Assembly (NCBI RefSeq): GCF_030144855.1 | Contig: NC_082708.1 | Span: forward strand, 144,522,001-144,586,000 | DNA from: Hypanus sabinus | Lineage: Eukaryota | Length of the DNA: 64,000 nucleotides | Direction: 5' to 3' | In this document: positions 1 through 13,180 of the stretch, in pieces | Numbering within the stretch: position 1 is the first letter of the stretch | How the letters are laid out: the number at the start of each line of letters is the position of its first letter | Translations under genes and position numbers: made by a program | Notes under the pieces: generated by a model | What the model was told of the DNA's origin: nothing | Seen by the model: only the letters and a program-made list of their open reading frames with translations | The model's database searches: none

Positions 1-1080
1 ATTTGCAACTTTTGATCAAAAATGAATTAAAACAGAATTCTAAAGAGGAAAATGACTGCTTGTGACTGCACATTACACTCAAGTTAAAATGTAACCCTGA
101 AGTGCTGGTCAAACTTAAGTTAATAGTGAATGAAAGTCAATAAACTGCTGATACTGACAATCTGAAATAAAAATGAAATACTCAGATGATTGAGCAGCAT
201 CTGTGGAAAACAAAACTTTTCAGGACTTTTCAAAGACTTTTCAAAGACTGCCATCTGTTGATTCTTCCACATGAAATGTCAGATCTGCATCTTTTTCCAT
301 AGATATTGTCTTATATAGTGTATCCAGCATTTTGGGGTTTTATTTAGTTTCAGTGACTGGACATTGGGAACTTATAAGATGAAAATAACTACTGCTCTTG
401 GGCACCAGTTGTATCTGAGATCATGTTTATAATCCCTTTGGTTCCCTGGGTCATGGACTCAACTTGAGTTTTTCATCAGCGTTCTTCCCTCTTTACAAAG
501 TCAGAGGTTGTACTGTTTACAGACAATTGAGGTAATACCTGCTTTTGTAATTCTTCACATTCATGTCCCTTCTGTTTGAGCTAGTAAGTTGTAAGTAACA
601 TTGCGTCATACAATTGCTCAAAAATAGTGACAATCAACAAGAGGTAGTTTAACCTTCTCTTGACAATTGTTAACGTTATAACCTCCAGCAGCAGTATTCT
701 GGGAATTAGGCTAAATTTCAATATGATTTGGCTATTGATGGACAGGCAAGAATCAAAAATTAAATACCTCCACTTCGTGTATGAATATTATATGAAGAAA
801 AATCTACAAAACAGCAGTAGCCAGCTGTTGTCAAATCTCCCAAATTTATAATAATGTTTAATTATACGAAGACAGTAGATTTATGAGAACTCTATCTCTC
901 ATGTGTTCTGCATATAAAGCACTATTCTAGCTTGGATGCCACTCATCTGTTAATGAATTTAGACTTTCCCATCTAAAGAAATGGTTGGAGTGTTTTCATT
1001 ATGATTCAAATTGAATGCCTACTTTCACCCTCTCAAAATGTGTTTAAAATGTGCCATATTCCTACCATATTGGAATTAAA

Positions 1081-1830
1081 AATTCAAGATTGCTTAATGT
1101 CATTTCCTATACACAAGTGTAAGGAGATCAAATAATTGTTACTCTGGATCTGATGCAGCACAAAAAAACCCCACAAAAGATAAAGAAAACTGATAATAAA
1201 AAGAAACAATAAATATAAAAAGATAGCCTATATATGTAGATTGTTGTCCATAAAATGACGCTGGGCTGTACGTAAGGGGACAGGCAGGAAATAAAGTAGT
1301 GGTTGAGTTAGTGGGCAACTATACTGCTTGGGGGAAGTAACAGTTTGTGAATCTGGTAGTCCTGTTGTGGATGAAACGTATCCTCATTCCTGATGGGATT
1401 GGGACAAACAGTCCAAGAGCAGGGTGTATGGAATCCTTCATGATGTTACTGGCCCTTTTCCAGCACCTTTCCGTATATATGTATTGATGACAGGTTGGCT
1501 GGTTCCAGTGATGCATTGGGCAGTTTTGACTACATGTACCAAGCAGTGATGCATCTTGTTAAGGGTGCTCTCTACTGCACATCTGTAGAGTAACATGAGT
1601 ATGGATGTGCAAAGTCCAGCTCTCTTCAGCCTCCTCCTAAAGCAGAGGGGTTGGTGAGCTTTCTTGACTCTGGAACCATGAATGGTTGTGTATGACATGG
1701 TCTCCCAGGAATCTGAAACTGCTTGCAGTTTCCACTGCTGTGCCATCAATATGGGGGGGGGTTAGTTCTCCTTAAGATGATAACCATCTCCTTTGGCTTG
1801 TTTATGTTGACGAAGAGGTTATTTGCCTGG
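1081..1830 (-). mobile_element. Rex1/Babar-type LINE 3' fragment, decayed
   Basis: Minus-strand LYRCAVESTL and IMKDSIHPALGLFVPIPSG...RFTNCYFPQAV match the C-terminus of the other Rex1 copies. Confidence 0.75.
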
Positions 1831-2152
1831 CACCCAGTATATACACATATATGTGTGTGTGCACGCGCCCTTAACTCGGGCGCCGTCATGACAAGCTTTC
1901 TGCGCTGATATTTTTGGTGATTGCTGTCATTGTACGGCGTGTCTTGGGCATCTGAAACCTGGCGGAACCCATCCCTCTCATGCACATGTGTACACGCACG
2001 CAGAAAGGGAGAGAGACAAAAAGAAAGAGGATTTGCAAGGCTGATATTGGATCAGTACATCAATGGAGCAATTTTAGTTTGTACACCATTGATATAATTT
2101 GTGCAGATGTAACTTTCATAACCTTTCTGTTGAGCCTCAAAATCTGGAATAA

Positions 2153-2320
<168 letters not shown>

Positions 2321-4289
2321 TGATCTTGCATTATGGATTCAAAACATTGATTTGAAATTGTGGACAAATAGCTGAATATCAAAATTTGAACTACACACTC
2401 TGGAATTCTTAAAATAAAAACGGAAAATGGAGGAATAAAAAGGAATAGTGACTGAATTTCTGTTTTAGAATAAAATTTGCTATTTTTCATGGTTCATAAA
2501 AAAGCTTAAATAAATTATCGTCTTTTTGACCTCCTGGCAAGTAACAACCTTATTACCCATAGCTTACGTATTTACTTGTATTTTGGCCATATTTTGGGGA
2601 AGAGGATGCCTGATGGTTTTTTTGCCATGTTCTGTTTGGGTTTCCATGACAGAGAAACGACACATGAAAGACAGAAATATGGTAGCCATCCTGTTGCTCT
2701 GCAGTTAATCTTGTGGTTCTGTGTAGAAGTGTCCAGTGAATCGCTGAGCACTTGCTTCAGGCCTTCTGGTTTTACAGCAATCATAACTGCATTTTGAATG
2801 GGTGACCATCAGAAGTTAGGGTTTACGTTGGTTTAATTTTATTATTTCTATGTGTGTCTGTTGTAAGTTAATAGCTCTTTCATGTTTTCAATGGATTTAC
2901 AATTTTAATAAATTATAAATTAAACAACCGTTTCCAGATGTATGTGATTATCAGACAAGGAACAGTTGAAAGGGCCTTCCCAATGGTACAGATTGTAAAC
3001 GCCTCAAGGTGTTTTGTGAATGGGGCTTAAGATCCCGCCATTAGTGACCTAGTTGTTACTCACAGCTCACAGTGCCTCAACGAAGGGCAGCAGTGGAGCC
3101 AAGCAAGTTTTTAAAAAACTTAGTACGACTGTGGAGCTAGAGTGGGCAGCAGTCATGAGGCATGGATCATGATGAGCTCAACATATTTTGTTCAATTGTA
3201 TCTAGAATGGAGATTGTATTCTTTTTCTTTTTACCTTTCCTTTTAGCATTATGTGCGAAACTGCTTTATTGATAGTTATATGGACAATAAATACTGAGTT
3301 GGGAAGTGTAGGCCTGTTTCGAGGAGATAGTAAGCTGAACACTTACAGGTATTCCATTTATACAAATTACAAACAGGATAGGATACAACTGTCAACACTG
3401 GTTTCAAGGGTGTTGTGTATAAGAGGCTCTTCGTAAGAGAAATGTAACGTTTAGGCAAAGGCTTTATGATTTGGTATTGGAAGAGGCTACAAAGGAATTA
3501 AAACTAGACAGGAATTTAAAATTTGAGTCTTTGCACTTGTGAGTTCAATGTAAGTCCACTAGAACTGTGCAATAGATAGCCTGTTTTCAAATCCAAAATT
3601 TTTATTTTCTAAACTCATCAGCTGGATTCCTCATCTATGATTTTATTGTCCCTAGGCTTAACTGTTTGGAATGAACTGTTTGTTAGCCTTACTCTTGCTA
3701 CCCTTTATAAACTTCAAAACTTGAAGTACATACAGTATCAAAGTTTTAAAAAGAAGCTACTGGTGCTAGACAGCGACTTTTTGCTGGCAGCTCACGGAAA
3801 CTGCGTCCATTCAAGCATCACTTCTGTGATTGCTGATGATATTGGTTTCTTGTTCAGCAAACCCTTTGTTTCCAATTAATGAAGTTTCAAACATGCTTAT
3901 CTTGATAGTTCTAAGGTAACTTTGCTCTTCCAATTCTGACCTTTTGATGATCCTGAATTCAATTGCTCCATCATTGTGTATGCCTTCATTTGGAAGGTCC
4001 CTAAGATACGGAATTCCCTCCATTAACCTACCAGCATCTCTGGCTCTGCTTGATTCAGATGATTGTAAATATATTTGTGGAAAATCTCTTAGATCCTTTG
4101 CTTTAACATATCCTTTTGTAGCATTATTTGTGTGGTATCCCTCTGATGAAGCATCTATAGTAAAGGCGCTACATAATACAATTTGTTGGAAATGCAGTTT
4201 TAAAAAAGTAGTTTTAATGCAGTTTTAAATTGCTCTTACCCTTTTTGCTCACCATTAACATTAATTATTTGGTTATTTTTGCTTTGTAG

Positions 4290-4421
<132 letters not shown>

Positions 4422-4476
4422 TAACTTTATGTAATTATAATTTGATTGTATTCTCATTCTTTTGTTATACTTCCAG

Positions 4477-4590
4477 GTATCAGCAAATAAGGGTGAAATT
4501 GGTGATGCAACACCTTTCAATGATGCTGTTAACGTACAGAAGATTTCAAACTTGTTATCGGACTATGGGTATCACCTCCGAGGCAATGAG
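4477..4590 (+). CDS. POLR2B: POLR2B coding exon
   Basis: cag|GTA...GAG|gtaatt, after a 79-nt intron. Translates [38 protein letters not shown]. Confidence 0.97.
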
Positions 4591-5695
4591 GTAATTTTTC
4601 CAGTGTGTATATATACATATACACACAGAAAAGAATTTATTCAGTTTGGCACAGCTTTTTAATAAGAGTGACAGAACACTTTTCTCGCAGCTTGAATATT
4701 GTTAGATGTATTTTCTTTACTTTCAGTTTCGAAGTAAAGATTAAATACTTTGACACTTAACTATACAGAGATATCGCCAAGAAATCAGCCTTTTTTTATT
4801 CGAAGAGGAATATCTTGGAATCATCTAAATGAGTATTTCCTTCTTCCTTTTTCTACATTGTGGGCACTTAATGAAGTATCCATGAAAAGTGAAATTCAAA
4901 ATTTGAATGAAAATATTTTGATTCATTTCAATACGTTCCAAACAAATGAAACAGTGCAAATGAAGTCAACAAAAAAAATAAATTTGTCTGTGCCACCTCT
5001 AGAATAAATCAGCCCAAAGTGCACTCAAAAACAAAAGTGGTTTTAAGTTTTCTGACATGATGTTCTGGATATGCTATTCATGTGCATTTAATCATTTCAT
5101 ATTAGCATATAGGTCCCATAACTGATATTATTATACAGAAAGGATTTTTTGCAAGCCATTTGATGGCCCTTGTATTCTAATTAGACCATAAGGTAACAGC
5201 AGAATTAGGTCATTCAGTCCATTGAGTCTGCTCCATCATTCAATCATGGCTGATTTCTGTTTTTCAACTCTATTCTTGCACCTACTTTCTTTACCCTTAA
5301 CCCCCTTACCAATGAACAATAGAACAATACAGCACAGTACAGGCCCTTCAGCCCACAATGTTGTGCTGACCCTTAAACCCTGCCTCCCATATAACCCTCC
5401 ACCTTAAATTCCTCCATATACCTGTCTAGGAGTAGATGAAGATCCCATCGGTCTCTGTCTTAAATGTACCCTTACAATGCAAATAAAATGACTGGGCATC
5501 CACAGCACTCTGTAGCAGTGAATTCCTAAGATTTATCACTCTCTGAAGAAATTCTTAGTAACCTCAGTTCTAAAGGGATGTCGATTTATTCTGAGGCTGC
5601 ACTCTTGAGATTTAGACTCTTGATTCAGGTTAGGATGTATAATTGCTTTTTTCGCATAAAAGAAAAAATTAATGATACGTTCCCTCTCATTTTAG

Positions 5696-5857
<162 letters not shown>

Positions 5858-6074
5858 TAAGCTGAAATTTGGCAAATATTTTCCATTTTTTGAATCTGGC
5901 AATTTTGAGCAACAATCAAATATTGTGCAATGAACTGGAATTGATTTATAGAGCTTAAGGTAAGGGAACCTTTATGGGAAAGTGATCATAATGTGTTGGA
6001 ATTCACCTTGCACTTCAAGAGGGAGAAGCTAGTTAGATGTTACAGTATTACAATGGTGTAAAGGCAACATTAGA

Positions 6075-7480
6075 GGCATGAGAGGAGCTGCCCAAAGTAG
6101 ATTGGAAGGGGGCTCAAGCTGGGATGATGACAGAACAGCAATGGCTGGAGTTTCTAGGAGCAATTCCAAAGGTGTAAGCTAGATACATCCCAAAGAAAAA
6201 GTAGTATGCTGAAGGCAGGATAATGCAACTGTGGCTGACGAGGGAAGTCAAAGCCAACATAAAAGTCAAAGAGAGGGCATACAATAGAGCTCAAATTAGT
6301 GGGAAGTTAGAGGATTGGGATGCTTTTAAAAACCAATAGAAATAGACTTAAAAAGTCAAAGAGGGAAAAGATAGAATACGAAGTTAAGCTAGCCAATAAT
6401 ATTAAAGAGGATACCATGAGGGCAGCATGGTAGTGTAGGGGTTAACACAATGCTTTACAGTACCAGTGACTCTGGTTCAATTCCCATCACTGCTGTGGTT
6501 TCCTCCCACAGTCCAAAGACTTACCAGTTGGTAGGTTAATTGGTCATTGTAAATAGTCCTATGATTAGGCTAGGGTTAAATTGGTGGATTGCTAGTTGGC
6601 ATAGCTCAATTGGCCATAAGGGCCTATTCTGTGCTGTATTTCTGTGGAGTGTTGGAGGCTGAGGGGAGATCTGATAGTGGTTTACAAGATTATGAGAGCG
6701 TAGATAGAGTATCTGTTTCCCATGGTTAAAATGCCTAAATCCACAGGGCATGCATTGAAGGTGAGAGGGGTTAGGTTCAAGGAGGAAGTGAGAGACAAGT
6801 TTTTAACCCAGAGTCATGGATGCCTGGAATGCGCTATCTGGTATGGCGGTAGAGGCAAATACATTAGAGGCTTTTAAGAGACGTTTCAATAGGCACGTGG
6901 ATATAAGGGAGATGGAGTGATTAGTGTTTGGGTGTTTTTGATTTGCTTTTTAGCTGGTTCGGCTCAACACTGTGGGCCAAGTGGCCTATTCCTGTGCTGT
7001 ACTATTCTATGTTCAATTAGTAAATCAACAGTTTCTTCAGATATCTAAAGAGTAAAAGAGAGACGAGAATAGATATCAAACAGCTGGAAAATGCTGCTGG
7101 AGAGTTAGTAATATAGGACAAGGAAATGGTGGACGAACTGAATAAGTATTTTGTATCATTGTTCACTGTGGAAGCACTAGCAGTATGCCAGAAGTATGAA
7201 TGTGTCAGGGGGCAGAAGTGAGAGAAGTTGTCATTATTAGGGAGACTGTGCCTGGGAAACTGAAAGGTCTGAAGGTAATTAAGTCACCTGGACTCAATAG
7301 TTTACACCCTGGGTTCTAAAGGAGGTGGCTGAAGATCCTTAATTAATTAGGGCATAAAGTGTTACGGGGAGAAGGCAAGAGATTGGGGCTGAGAGTGAAA
7401 TGGATCAGCCATGATGATATGGTGGAGCAGACTCAATGGGCCAAATGGCCTAATTCTACTCCTCTGTCTTATGGTCTTAT
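6075..7480 (+). mobile_element. Nested CR1 (HER1-like) LINE fragments
   Basis: 6075-6415 is homologous to the CR1 at 63660-64000 and resumes near 7025 after inserted SINE and CR1-tail sequence. KSPG motif near 7280 and a CR1 tail (cttatggtctta). Confidence 0.8.
6419..6640 (+). mobile_element. tRNA-derived SINE (HE1/V-SINE-like)
   Basis: A-box-like ggcagcatggtagtgtagg, B-box ggttcaattccc, V-domain-like ggtttcctcccacagtccaaagac, and a CR1-type 3' tail. Confidence 0.75.
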
Positions 7481-7796
7481 TCCAGTGTAATGCCACATGA
7501 GTTATCTACTGTTCATTATCTTTTGGCTGCCAAGACCTTTCATTTCTGGTTTACATTATTTTGTTTTGTAATTATTCAATAATTGTTCAACTTGTGTGCA
7601 AATTCTTTAACAATTTTTTGTAAACAGCTTTGCTATGTTAAATCCTTTTTGTTTATGGGTCTGGATGTATCTAGTAAGGCCAGACTTTACATAAGAATGG
7701 GATGGGACAGATATCAGATTCTGTTCAGTTCTTTCCTAAGCTCAAGAATAACTAGTGGGATAGAATTCAGAAAGACATCTGGCTTTAATTTATTAG

Positions 7797-8072
<276 letters not shown>

Positions 8073-9502
8073 TAGATTTTAGCCACACAGTTTCTAAGAT
8101 ATGGTTATTCAGAGTAATGTGGGATATTTTTGTGATTTGTTGAATGAGTATGTTGTTTGTCTATACAGAACTTGCAGTATATATATCAGCACAATTGCCA
8201 TTTTGGTTGCAGGTTCCCCTATACAAAAGACACATAGTGGTTTCTGTATTTGAATTATTGCATTTCTATGTGCATGAGTAGCCTGTGTCAGTATGTTGCA
8301 TCTAATTGAGGAAAACAGCTATGTGGGAATATCTATAATAACAGTGCTGTCCTAAAGCTAGTTTACATTTTCCTGCTATCGTTTCTAGATAACTGTGACT
8401 GTTTTAAATGATCTGCAGATTGAGTCAGGTAGATGAAGGATCAGTCCACTTGGAAGTATTTCTGTATCTGGCATAATGTATCTTCTGGTGGTGCTTGAAG
8501 CCTAAAATAGGCCCATTGCAGGCCTTTAGTTTGGCTTGGTGAATTATTTTAATTGTACTTTACATCTCTGATCTTAATGGAAATATTCTCAGATTGAAGT
8601 TGAAATCTCCGCCCTTGTTGTAAGATTCTGTATTGGGTATCTGAAATAGCCTCCATTCAATTCCAAGAGGTCAAGGGGCAAAAGTCTGAAACAGACCTGA
8701 ATTGGTTCTGATGGCTTTCCTGACATGATTTCACCCCAGACAATGAAGGAAAGACATATTATTGAATATGGGACAAAATTGTATTACAGCTTTAGAACTG
8801 GAGAGTTCTGCTCAGAAATAACCACACAACAATCTAAGCTGTTAAGTGGTAACAATGCAGACATCTACCCAACCATACCAAGTTACCAAATCTGTAAAAA
8901 GCAGCAAAATCCAATAACCATATTATAAACCCAATCAGCATACTCTTATTCAATAAAATGATGAAAAATGTTGTAATAAGTAATTTTTGCTAATAATCTG
9001 CACACCATTGCTTAGTTTGTGTTTTGTCCAGAAAAAAAAAAACAATGCCTTGGTCTGTAATGTGGACCAAAAGTCTGAAATTCAAGTGATTGACAATGAT
9101 CTAGTGATTTGACTCATAACTTGCTCAAAGGAAGATGGCTGCGAGTCAGTGGTAGTTGTGTGGAAGCTGCTGCTGGGAATAATGGTAGAAGCAGATGCAT
9201 TAGGGACATATAAGAAAATCTTAGGCACATGAATGATAGAAAAATCAAGGGCTATATAGGAGGGAAGGGTTAGATTAAACTTTTAAAGTAGGTTAAAAGA
9301 TTGACAGAATATTGTGGACTGAAGGGCCTGTACTGTGTTGTAATCTTCTTTATTCAATTTTCATGGCCCCATAAGTTCCTCAGGGCAGTGACTTAACCCA
9401 AGCTCCCATCCATTTCAATACTTCATCCTTGGTCTTCCATCTACCGTTTAAGCTGAAATTGGGAATGTTAGCAGCTCATAACTATGTGCAGCAAGATCTA
9501 GG

Positions 9503-9582
9503 CCGGGGTTCCCAACCTTTTTTATGCCATGAACTAATACCATTAAGCAAGAGTTCCATGGACCCCAGGTTGGTAGCCCCTG
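9503..9582. mobile_element. hAT MITE, same family, opposite orientation
   Basis: ccggggttcccaacc...ggttggtagcccctg, flanked by tctag on both sides. Confidence 0.8.
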
Positions 9583-9669
9583 AATTCTAGATAATATTTA
9601 GTAATGGGATGATAGGTGGTGAACATCATTTGTTCTTGAAACTGCCAGGCACTGTCATAAATTTAAAAC

Positions 9670-9875
9670 AGGAAATGCTCAGCAGGTCAGGCAGGATCTG
9701 GGAAGAGAGAAAGCAAGTTAATGTTTTCAATTGAAGACCATTGTCAAGAGTGTTCAGATGGAAAGATCTTCAATCTGATATATTAACTTTTCTTTGCACG
9801 GAGAGATGCTGTCTGACCTGAATTCCTTACATGTTCTGGTTTTATTTCAGACTTCCAGCATCTTTAGTTTTGTTT
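9670..9875. repeat. Inverted pair of old Penelope-like termini (imperfect palindrome)
   Basis: gctcagcaggtcaggcaggatctg...gttaatgttttcaattgaagac is mirrored by gatcttcaatctgatatattaac...gatgctgtctgacctga. Confidence 0.55.
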
Positions 9876-10016
9876 TGACTTCTCACCAATGTCTGTAACC
9901 AACAGAAGAGTCTTAACCACCTGTTCCCTGGCACTCAGTGGCATTACCCTGGCTGAGCCTCCATCTTCAACATTTTAGATGGAGGAGGTCACCAGTGATT
10001 AGAAGTTCAACTAGAC

Positions 10017-10093
10017 CAGGGGTTCCCAACCTGGGGTCTACAGACCGGATTAATGGTAGGGATCCACGGCATAAAAATGGTTGGGAACCCCCG
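10017..10093. mobile_element. hAT (Charlie/MER5-like) MITE, 77 bp
   Basis: TIR CAGGGGTTCCCAACC / GGTTGGGAACCCCCG with perfect 8-bp TSD AACTAGAC. Confidence 0.9.
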
Positions 10094-10471
10094 AACTAGA
10101 CTAATCACATAAATACAGTGAGTACATGAGCAGATCAGAAGCTGAATTTAATGAGGCAAGCAATTAATTTCCTGCTTGGCACATTACTAAGGTGAATTAA
10201 AAAAACTCCACCTGCTGGGGTGAGTGCAGCTTCAATAGCCCTTAAGAAAGCAGCTTGCTGGATTGGATCCCATCCACCATGAATTACAGTGTGCCTCTAG
10301 TCTTTACAAGGTTTGACTGATATAAGTGGCTCTGAATTCTTGACGGTAACTGAAGGCAGCAAGAGAATCATTCATAAGCGTGATTTTTAATGAGGATAAA
10401 CTGTGACCAGTCAGAAATGTCAGTATTGTTATTAAGGGGACAAAATTTGAATTATTGTCTTACAAAATTGA

Positions 10472-10591
<120 letters not shown>

Positions 10592-10809
10592 TGGACTGAA
10601 CATGATCATCACACAGACAAACCATCTTAAATATAGATAAAGAAATATGTGACTGGCAAAATTACTTGCAGAACTAAGTGCACAAGTTGGTACAGAAAAG
10701 GGCATTTCTTGTTCAAGTACCAGATCTTGAGCCATACTTATTTGTATGTTTTCAGTTGTGAATTTATTTTTTTGCCAGTGTTGTAAGTAGATTTTGTTGT
10801 GAGAACAAA

Positions 10810-10815
10810 AATAAA
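10810..10815 (+). terminator. POLR2B polyadenylation signal AATAAA
   Basis: First AATAAA about 220 nt after the stop, followed by GT/T-rich sequence (gtattgttttatgtaaattgtttattttct). Confidence 0.75.
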
Positions 10816-10840
10816 ATTCTGTATTGTTTTATGTAAATTG

Positions 10841-10846
10841 TTTATT
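10841..10846 (-). terminator. IGFBP7 polyadenylation signal AATAAA (- strand)
   Basis: tttatt on the + strand, about 260 nt past the predicted IGFBP7 stop. A second candidate lies at 10763-10768. Confidence 0.6.
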
Positions 10847-11104
10847 TTCTTTGCCTCGAGTATATAACAACTTCTTCCCCTTGTCCTTATTGATTTATAT
10901 CATTGTATTGCAAGCAGAGTAAATATAAAAGCTACATAAACCATAATAAGTAACTGGGTCAATACAGTGTACGAGAATAAGATAGATCCCTATAAAACTT
11001 AATTTATAGGATATGGAAAAAAAATTGCGCAGAGTCTACACTTAGTCACAGAATTCCCTGCAAGTAGCCGTGCTTGTGGTTCAGGCTGCCTTTCGTCATT
11101 TTTC

Positions 11105-11115
11105 TCATGCTTTCT
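11105..11115 (-). CDS. IGFBP7: IGFBP7 terminal coding exon (exon 5)
   Basis: Strong acceptor tattaac...tgttttgtcctgcag|AG AAA GCA TGA. Phase 1 join gives ...VVDELK-E-K-A*. Mammalian IGFBP7 also has a tiny phase-1 last coding exon. The choice of acceptor is inferred. Confidence 0.6.
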
Positions 11116-11329
11116 CTGCAGGACAAAACACCAGAGGTTAATAGGACAAAATATGGTTCCTGCACAGTTGGCAAGTTGAGTGCAATTCACTGGATCATTT
11201 GTAATAACCATCCATTTGTTTTAGCATTGAATATAACTACTGTAGCTACATGCAGTCTTTGTCATAAATCTTATGCTTCCATAGGAATTTTTGGCACCAG
11301 CTCATCTGACATACACTGGCAATGACATT

Positions 11330-12950
11330 CACAAACAGAAGAAAAGCTGCAGATGATGGAAATCCAAGCAACACACACAAAATGCTGAAGGAACTGAACA
11401 AAGCACTGTTGACATTTCGGGCCAAGGCCCTTCAGCAGGACTGGGGGTAAAAAGTTGAATAGATTCAAAAGGTGGGGGAAGGTGGGGGGAGGAAAGAAAC
11501 AAGACTGACAGTTGAAACCAGGAGGGAAAGGAATGAAGAAAAGAGCTGGTAAATTGATTGGTGAAAGAGATACAGGGTTGGAAAAGGGGGAATCTAATAG
11601 AAGACAGAAGGCAATGGAAGAAAGAAAAGGGGGAAGAGCACCAGAGTGAGGTGATGGGCAGGCAAGGAGATAAGGTGAGAAAGGGAAAAGGGGTGTGGGG
11701 AAGCATTACCAGAAGCCTGAGAAACTGATGTCCTCAGGTTGGAGGCTACCCAGACAGAACCCAAGGTTTTGTTTCTTCAACCTCGGTGTGGCCTTATCTC
11801 AACAGTAGAGGAGGCCATGGATTGACATATCGGAATGGAAAGTGGAATTAAAATGGGTGGCCACTGGGAGATCCCGCTTCTTCTGGCAGATGCTCAGGGA
11901 AGTGGTCTCCCAATCTCTTTCGGGTCTCACTGATATACAGGAGGTCATGCCGGGAGAACAGGACACAGTATATGACCCCAACAGACTCACAGGTGAAGTG
12001 TTGCCTCATCCGGAAGGACTGTTTAGGGCCCTGAATGGTAGTGAGGGAGGAGATGTAGAGGCAGCTGTAGCATTTGTTCTGCTTACAAGGACAAGTGCCA
12101 GAAGGGAGATCAGTGGGGAGGAATGAATGGACATGGAATTTCGTAGGGAGTGATCCCTATGGAAAGCAGGACGTGGGGTGGGGGGGAGGGAAAGATGTGT
12201 TGGTGGTGGGTTCCCATTGGAGATGGTGGAAGTTGCGAAGAATTAAATGCTGGATGCAGAGGCTCGTGGGGTGGTATGTGAGGACAACAGGAACCCTATC
12301 CCTGATCGGTTGGTGGAAGGACGGGGTAAGTGCAGACATGTGTGAAATGGAAGTGATGTGGTTGAAGGCAGCATGGATGGTGGAGGAAAGGGAGCCCCCT
12401 CCCTTTTTTTTTTGGAAGGAGGGCATCTCCATTCTGCAATGAAAAGCCTTATCCTGAGAGCAGATGTGGTGGAGATGGAGGAATTGAGAGAAGGGGATGG
12501 CATTTTTACAATTAACAGGGTGGGAAGAGATATAGTTTGCCAGACTACTACAGTATCCACTTTATCTTGGGGTTTGATAGGTTAGGAGTAGTGCAGGGGG
12601 AGTGGAGAGCAAGAAGTTTGGAAGGGGTGAGGGGCACAGAACTCACTGAAGGCGTAGGTGCAGAGGGACAAAAGTGAGGCCCTACCCAAGGACAGAAAGT
12701 TCTGCCTCAGAGAGGGGAAGGTCAGAGGGAATGGTGAAGATTTGGCACAATTAGAGCTGGGATCAGAAGAGGGTTGGTAGTGTCTAAGGAGAAAGGAGGT
12801 TTGGGGTTTTCAGGGATGGTGAGGTGAGGGGAAGATGGAGTCTCTGAGGACTCAAGATTCCAAAGATTTGAATCCAGAGATGATAAAGGAACTATATCAT
12901 TTTGGTGCATCACTTGGAGGAGAAGCTGATGGAGGAGTTTTTGCATGTTT
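11330..12950 (-). mobile_element. Penelope-like retroelement (RT C-terminus plus GIY-YIG endonuclease), decayed, in the last IGFBP7 intron
   Basis: Minus-strand peptides DRVPVVLTYHPTSLCIQHLILRNFHHLQ and DLPVATHFNS...SDMSIHGLLYC, plus frameshifted GVIYC...LYISET. CT-rich 3' region and a terminus with a hammerhead-like motif. Confidence 0.85.
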
Positions 12951-13071
12951 GGCTAAATGTCCCTGACCATCTTTTGTGGTTTCCATGTCTTACTGGCTCC
13001 CTCTCATCAATTTCTTCAGTTTAACTGGGAATGCACACAGGTATATGAAACCCATCATTTGCTGCACTTAC

Positions 13072-13180
13072 CTTTAAGTTCATCAACCACATGTATATTT
13101 CCAGTAGCTGCAGCCTCTCCCTTGGTGTTAGATGCATGGCATTCATATTCTCCTGCATCTGCTTCAGTGAGCGGAGAAAT
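13072..13180 (-). CDS. IGFBP7: IGFBP7 exon 4 (Ig domain, C-terminal half)
   Basis: tttag|ATT...AAA G|gtaagt. Translates ISPLTEADAGEYECHASNTKGEAAATGNIHVVDELK, with the Ig motif DAGEYEC. Confidence 0.94.

Noticed and set aside
11271-11320. Alternative IGFBP7 last exon giving DELVPKIPMEA* or VYVR*
   Set aside because: These AGs abut a Penelope tail and have weaker pyrimidine tracts than the acceptor at 11116. Not excluded without RNA data.
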